A stretch of DNA of 37,527 nucleotides, taken from contig JBFMAE010000405.1 of the NCBI GenBank assembly GCA_040756085.1, positions 1 through 37,527 of the forward strand, given 5' to 3'. This DNA is from Thermodesulfobacteriota bacterium. GTDB lineage: Bacteria > Desulfobacterota > BSN033 > UBA1163. The notes under the pieces were generated by a model that made no database searches, had not been told where the DNA came from, and was given only the letters and a program-made list of their open reading frames with translations. Numbering within the stretch: position 1 is the stretch's first letter; each line of letters starts with the position of its first letter. The position numbers and the translations under genes were made by a program. Below are positions 33,396 through 37,527 of the stretch, one piece after another.

Positions 33396-34754
33396 ATGAG
33401 AACCATGCTTTTATTTATTTTAATTCTTATCTCTACTTTCCTCAGCCCCTCACCCATGATCGGAGCCGAAACCAAAATCACCTTCTGGACCACGGAGGTC
33501 GAGAAAGACCGAATGGAGATCCAGAGAGAGATTGCCAATATGTTTACTCAAAGGACCGGAATCCGTGTTCAGGTCATTCCTGTAGAGGAAAATCTCCTGG
33601 CCGAGAGGGTCACTGCCGCCTATGCAGCGAGATCCCTTCCTGATGTGATCTTTCATCCTATCGACTTCACGATCGGATGGGCAGAGGCAGGCATTCTCGA
33701 TCCTCAATCTGCCACAGAGGTAGTGAGTCAACTGGGTGTCGAAACGTTCGGAAAGGGGCCTTTGAATCTTGCCCGGTTTCAAAACGGTCATGCAGCGGTC
33801 CCCATTGATGGTTGGGGCCAACTCCTCCTCTACCGGAAAGACCTCTTTAGTGAAAAAGGACTTCCGGTGCCGGACCGCTGGGATAACATCTTCAAGGCAG
33901 CCCAGGCCCTTCACCAACCGCCTTTGATCTGGGGCTTCGAAGTAGCCACCGACCCCGGACAGATCTACACCCAGCAGGTTTTTGAACACGTTGCCCTGTC
34001 AAATGGTATCCGGTTAATCGACTCATCCGGTAAGGTTCATCTGGACACCCCTGAAATGGTACAGACCCTCGAATTCTACAAATCCCTCGCTCGTTTTACG
34101 CCCCCTGGGAACATTTACTGGCTCCACACCCGGATGGACTATCTGTCCGGTCGGGCGGCCATGATCATCTGGTCACCCTTCATCTTGGACGAGCTTTCAG
34201 GACTTCGCCGGGATCAACCCGTTGTCCCGGATATTGCCAAAGGGAAGCCCGGTTTTTTGGCCAAGAATACCGGTTTTGTGACAGTCATCCATGGACCTAA
34301 GGGAACTGCCCAATACGGACAGGTGAACTATCTCGGGATCACACGAGATGCCGATAAGCCCTCAGCCAAACGGTGGATCGAGTTTCTGCTCACAGAGGGA
34401 TACCTGAGATGGTTGGGGATGGCGGCAGAGGGTAAGTTGCCTGTACGCAAGGGGACCCTGGAGGAGCCAAACCGATTCATTAACGGTTGGATGGAACTTG
34501 AGTTCGGGGTAACCACTCGGGCTAAGATCTCGGAATTTTACGGGATGGACGTGGTAAAATCCATTATTGCTGGGGTGGATGGCTTCAATCGATGGGGATT
34601 TGCTGAGGGAAAGGGAGCGCTTGTCTCCAAGATCTATGGAACAAAGATGATTCCGGAAATTTTGAAACGATTCCTCGATGGAGAACTGGACGCAAAGAGG
34701 GCTGCCCGGATGATGGACGAACGGGTGAAGGCGCTTGAAGGAGGAGCCCGATAA
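33396..34754 (+). CDS. ABC transporter extracellular solute-binding protein (family 1, carbohydrate type)
   Basis: 452 aa; signal peptide; ..KITFWTT..., typical SBP_bac_1 layout; followed by two MalFG-type permeases. Confidence 0.88.
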   Translation: MRTMLLFILILISTFLSPSPMIGAETKITFWTTEVEKDRMEIQREIANMFTQRTGIRVQVIPVEENLLAERVTAAYAARSLPDVIFHPIDFTIGWAEAGILDPQSATEVVSQLGVETFGKGPLNLARFQNGHAAVPIDGWGQLLLYRKDLFSEKGLPVPDRWDNIFKAAQALHQPPLIWGFEVATDPGQIYTQQVFEHVALSNGIRLIDSSGKVHLDTPEMVQTLEFYKSLARFTPPGNIYWLHTRMDYLSGRAAMIIWSPFILDELSGLRRDQPVVPDIAKGKPGFLAKNTGFVTVIHGPKGTAQYGQVNYLGITRDADKPSAKRWIEFLLTEGYLRWLGMAAEGKLPVRKGTLEEPNRFINGWMELEFGVTTRAKISEFYGMDVVKSIIAGVDGFNRWGFAEGKGALVSKIYGTKMIPEILKRFLDGELDAKRAARMMDERVKALEGGAR

Positions 34755-34767
34755 AACAGGAACTGGT

Positions 34768-35712
34768 ATGAGCCCCCAAATTTCTACACTCTTTGATTTT
34801 GATAAGGAGTCTCGACTGGCCTTCTGGATGCTGGCCCCCACCTTTGCAGTCGTTCTGGCGTTTGTCCTCTTCCCGGTCATCTGGAACCTCTGGCTCAGTC
34901 TCAAGCCCGTCTCCCTGCGGGATCTTCGAGGGATCTCTCTTTTTCAATTCAATCTCACCATGGAAAATTTCCAAAAGGTCTTCACCGACCCGGAATTTCT
35001 TCCAATCCTTCTGACCACGTTGATCTATACCTTTGGAGGAAGTGTTCTCTCCATTCTTCTTGGATTGATGGCTGCCCTTCTCGTCCATCAGGAATTCACC
35101 GGCAGAAGTTTCCTGAGGGGACTTTTCATCTCTCCCTATATCGCTCCGGTGGTGGCGGTCACCTTCACATGGAGTTTTATCCTGGACCCTCAACTGGGTT
35201 TTTTTAACTGGTTTGCCCTGGAGAAGGGGCTTCTCAATCAGCCGATCCCGTTTCTATCCCAACGATGGTTGGAGCTGAACTTCTTCGGAGTCCTCTTCCG
35301 GATCCCGCTGGCGCTTACCTCGGTAATCCTTTTCGAGGGATGGCGTTACTTTCCCTTTGCCTTCCTCTTCATCCTCGCAAGGCTCCAGGCCATTCCGGAG
35401 GACCTCTACCAGGCCGCATCGGTGGACGGGGCAAGTCCGTTTCAGCGGTTTTATTACATTACCTTGCCGCAGCTCTCAACGGTTCTCTCCACTCTCTTCC
35501 TTTTCAGGTTCATCTGGACTATCAACAAGTTTGACGATATCTTTCTCCTCACCAGGGGACAGGCGGGGACAAAGGTTCTGACCATCAAGGTCTATGATTA
35601 TGCTTTTGGGGAATTCAATATCGGGGCGAGTTCAGCCGTGGCCATGGTGCTCTTTGGAATTCTCTCCATCTTTCTATTTGTCTACTTTCGCTGGATTGCC
35701 AAAGAGGCTTGA
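34768..35712 (+). CDS. carbohydrate ABC transporter permease (MalF-like)
   Basis: Start at ATG 34768 just after the SBP stop; EAA-loop region ..QAIPEDLYQAASVDGASPFQRFYYITLPQL. Confidence 0.88.
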   Translation: MSPQISTLFDFDKESRLAFWMLAPTFAVVLAFVLFPVIWNLWLSLKPVSLRDLRGISLFQFNLTMENFQKVFTDPEFLPILLTTLIYTFGGSVLSILLGLMAALLVHQEFTGRSFLRGLFISPYIAPVVAVTFTWSFILDPQLGFFNWFALEKGLLNQPIPFLSQRWLELNFFGVLFRIPLALTSVILFEGWRYFPFAFLFILARLQAIPEDLYQAASVDGASPFQRFYYITLPQLSTVLSTLFLFRFIWTINKFDDIFLLTRGQAGTKVLTIKVYDYAFGEFNIGASSAVAMVLFGILSIFLFVYFRWIAKEA

Positions 35713-35782
35713 TCGACTCAAAGGAAGGATTACGTAAGGGTGAAATCAGAAATCATTGTATATCAAGGGGGAGATGTCAAGG

Positions 35783-36631
35783 ATGAGTCGTGAGCGTCTG
35801 GAGAGGGCCATTATCAAAATTCTCAGGGTGGGTGGAATCCTCTTCTTCATCGTCATGGTGGCCTTCCCTTTCTACTGGATGATCGTCTCCTCCTTCAGGT
35901 CTCTGGAGGAGATTCTCGTGAATCCCTCCAACCTCGGGCTAAACATTCGCCAGATCGATTTTCGCGCCTATTACGAAGTCCTCTTTGAGCACGGTTTTTT
36001 GCAATACATCTCCAACAGTTTTTATGTCTCCATTTCCACCGTGATCTTCTCCGTGACCCTGGCCACCGTGGGAGGATACGCGGTCACCCGGCTCCGGTTT
36101 CGCGGCCGTGCCTTCATGTCCTACAGCATTCTGATCATCTACATGTTTCCTGCCATTGTGATGGTGATCCCTCTCTATGTCGTCTTTTCAAAGATGGGAT
36201 GGAGGGATTCGATCCACATCCTCATCCTCGTCTATCTGGCCCAGACGCTTCCTGTGGCCCTCTATATGCTCAGGAGCTACTTCCAGAATCTTCCCTCTGA
36301 GATAGAGTCCGCGGGACTGATCGACGGATGCAGCCGTTTCGGCGTGATCTGGCGGATCGTCATTCCCCTTTCCGCACCTGCCCTGGCCAGTGTGGCCCTT
36401 TATACTTTTATGATCGCCTGGAATGAGTTTCTTTTCGCCTTCATGTTTCTCGATACCCCTGAAAAATTTACCCTTTCCAGGGGAGTGGTCCAGCTTGCCG
36501 GAAGCGTCCACCTTTCCAAACAACTCGTCATGGCCGCATCGGTCATGGTGACCGTCCCCATCCTAGTTCTTTTTCTCTTTTTCGAACGCCACCTCGTTCG
36601 CGGTTTGACGGCGGGTGCGATGAAGGGTTAA
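35783..36631 (+). CDS. carbohydrate ABC transporter permease (MalG-like)
   Basis: Start at ATG 35783 (9 nt after GGGGGAG); EAA loop ..LPSEIESAGLIDGCSRFGVIWRIVIPLSAP. Confidence 0.88.
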   Translation: MSRERLERAIIKILRVGGILFFIVMVAFPFYWMIVSSFRSLEEILVNPSNLGLNIRQIDFRAYYEVLFEHGFLQYISNSFYVSISTVIFSVTLATVGGYAVTRLRFRGRAFMSYSILIIYMFPAIVMVIPLYVVFSKMGWRDSIHILILVYLAQTLPVALYMLRSYFQNLPSEIESAGLIDGCSRFGVIWRIVIPLSAPALASVALYTFMIAWNEFLFAFMFLDTPEKFTLSRGVVQLAGSVHLSKQLVMAASVMVTVPILVLFLFFERHLVRGLTAGAMKG

Positions 36632-36753
36632 GTCGATAAAACAACGGGACGCCAACACCCGTAGTGATCGATGAAGTCCAGAGGGCGCCTGATTTAATAC
36701 GAGCTATCAAGAGGGTAGTCGATTAATCAAGCCGAGGGCAAGGGTTTTGTTCG

Positions 36754-37018
36754 TACCGCCAAACTTATCTGGAAAGAGATCTTTTGAACATAAAATCGAT
36801 TGAGAATATCCCAGATTTCAATCGCCTTTTCAGCCTCGTAGCTTTTCGGACAGGAAGGCTCATCAACCTCTCTGACTTATCTCGAGAAACAGGGATACCC
36901 TTCACAACTCTTCGTCGATAGATAGATGAATCTATTGGAGGTCACCTATCAAATATTTTTGCTACGGCCTTACTTTACTCATATCGGGCTATTTGACAAA
37001 GCATTTAAAATCAATTAA
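36754..37018 (+). pseudogene. C-terminal remnant of an AAA ATPase with DUF4143 domain (COG1373 type), frameshifted
   Basis: Frame 1 reads YRQTYLERDLLNIKSIENIPDFNRLFSLVAFRTGRLINLSDLSRETGIPFTTLRR* . It continues after a +1 shift as MNLLEVTYQIFLLRPYFTHIG... The ~200-aa ATPase half is absent. Confidence 0.6.
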
Positions 37019-37021
37019 TAT
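36993..37021 (+). promoter_or_regulatory. near-consensus sigma-70 promoter for rplU (TTGACA-N17-TAATAT)
   Basis: TTGACA 36993..36998, TAATAT 37016..37021; 29 nt upstream of the rplU ATG with GGAGG RBS. Confidence 0.55.
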
Positions 37022-37049
37022 TTAGCCTAATTTAATTTGGAGGCGTCTG

Positions 37050-37364
37050 ATGTATGCAGTGGTGAAGACAGGAGGAAAGGATTATCGGATCTCCAAAGGG
37101 GACATCATCCGGGTGGAGAAGTTGGATGGTAGAGTAGGAGATCAAGTGGCGTTAAAAGATGTCTTGATGGTATCTCAGAAAGACCAGGTCCAATTCGGAA
37201 CTCCCACTCTGACCAATGCTGTGATCATGGGTGAGATCGTCCAGGAGATCAAAGGGAGAAAGGTCCTGACTTATAAAATGAAAAAGAGGAAGAATTACCG
37301 TCGCTTCAAAGGACATCGACAGACGTACATGTATCTTAAGGTCAATGATATTCAACTGACCTAA
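37050..37364 (+). CDS. rplU: 50S ribosomal protein L21
   Basis: MYAVVKTGGKDYRISKGDIIRVEKL... full-length 104 aa. Confidence 0.95.
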   Translation: MYAVVKTGGKDYRISKGDIIRVEKLDGRVGDQVALKDVLMVSQKDQVQFGTPTLTNAVIMGEIVQEIKGRKVLTYKMKKRKNYRRFKGHRQTYMYLKVNDIQLT

Positions 37365-37504
37365 TACGAATCAATAATCCCCCCCTCGCCCCCCTTTAGC
37401 AAAGGGAAGGTGTGAAAAAATTGTAAAATGGGTAAAAAATTAATTGACATAGCCATATGACTATGATATCCTCTTCTCAACATTTTTGGGAGGAGGCGCT
37501 TTCC

Positions 37505-37527
37505 ATGGGATACCTGACCAAAGTCCA
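37505..37527 (+). CDS. partial CDS, first 7 codons (MGYLTKV...), product unknown
   Basis: ATG 8 nt after GGGAGGAGG; runs off the right edge; N-terminus is not that of L27. Confidence 0.3.

Overview
Bacterial chromosomal window with moderate GC, Shine-Dalgarno-led genes and sigma-54 signals. Gene content (TAXI-TRAP, UbiD, iron-sulfur flavoprotein, rubrerythrin-like proteins, radical SAM) suggests an anaerobe, but the lineage cannot be assigned by eye. All family calls come from motifs I recognise in the translations; no searches were run. Layout: (1) 118-10578 is a tightly coupled minus-strand catabolic operon (acyl-CoA synthetase, TAXI binding protein, DUF1850, fused TRAP permease, second acyl-CoA synthetase, Zn-ADH), followed by a GntR/FadR regulator and a UbiD-family decarboxylase, with a divergent gamma-CA/PaaY-like gene. 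(2) 10676-11400 is a patch of gene debris. (3) 11866-15723 is a minus-strand redox/stress gene string. It lies downstream of a good sigma-54 promoter (15866-15881), which sits next to a sigma-54 activator that has no input domain; a 47-aa zinc-ribbon ORF and an Asp-less receiver-like ORF are the first genes after the promoter. (4) SplB-like radical SAM, stand-alone LigD phosphoesterase, a frameshifted EamA transporter, leucine dehydrogenase, a B3/4-domain protein and a 4-OT tautomerase. (5) 22340-25900 is a small toxin-antitoxin/defence islet (ORF6N debris, wHTH-MNT/HEPN, membrane NERD protein behind a second sigma-54-like promoter, AbrB/PIN). (6) Housekeeping genes: groESL, a 574-aa conserved hypothetical, hflKC, a sugar ABC importer without an ATPase gene, and rplU. 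Non-coding structure is unusually rich. There are two copies of a ~290-310 bp foldback (MITE-like) element with terminal inverted repeats and nested stems, a family of compound intergenic hairpins built from short repeated words, and several pseudogene fragments. No rRNA, tRNA or CRISPR array was seen.
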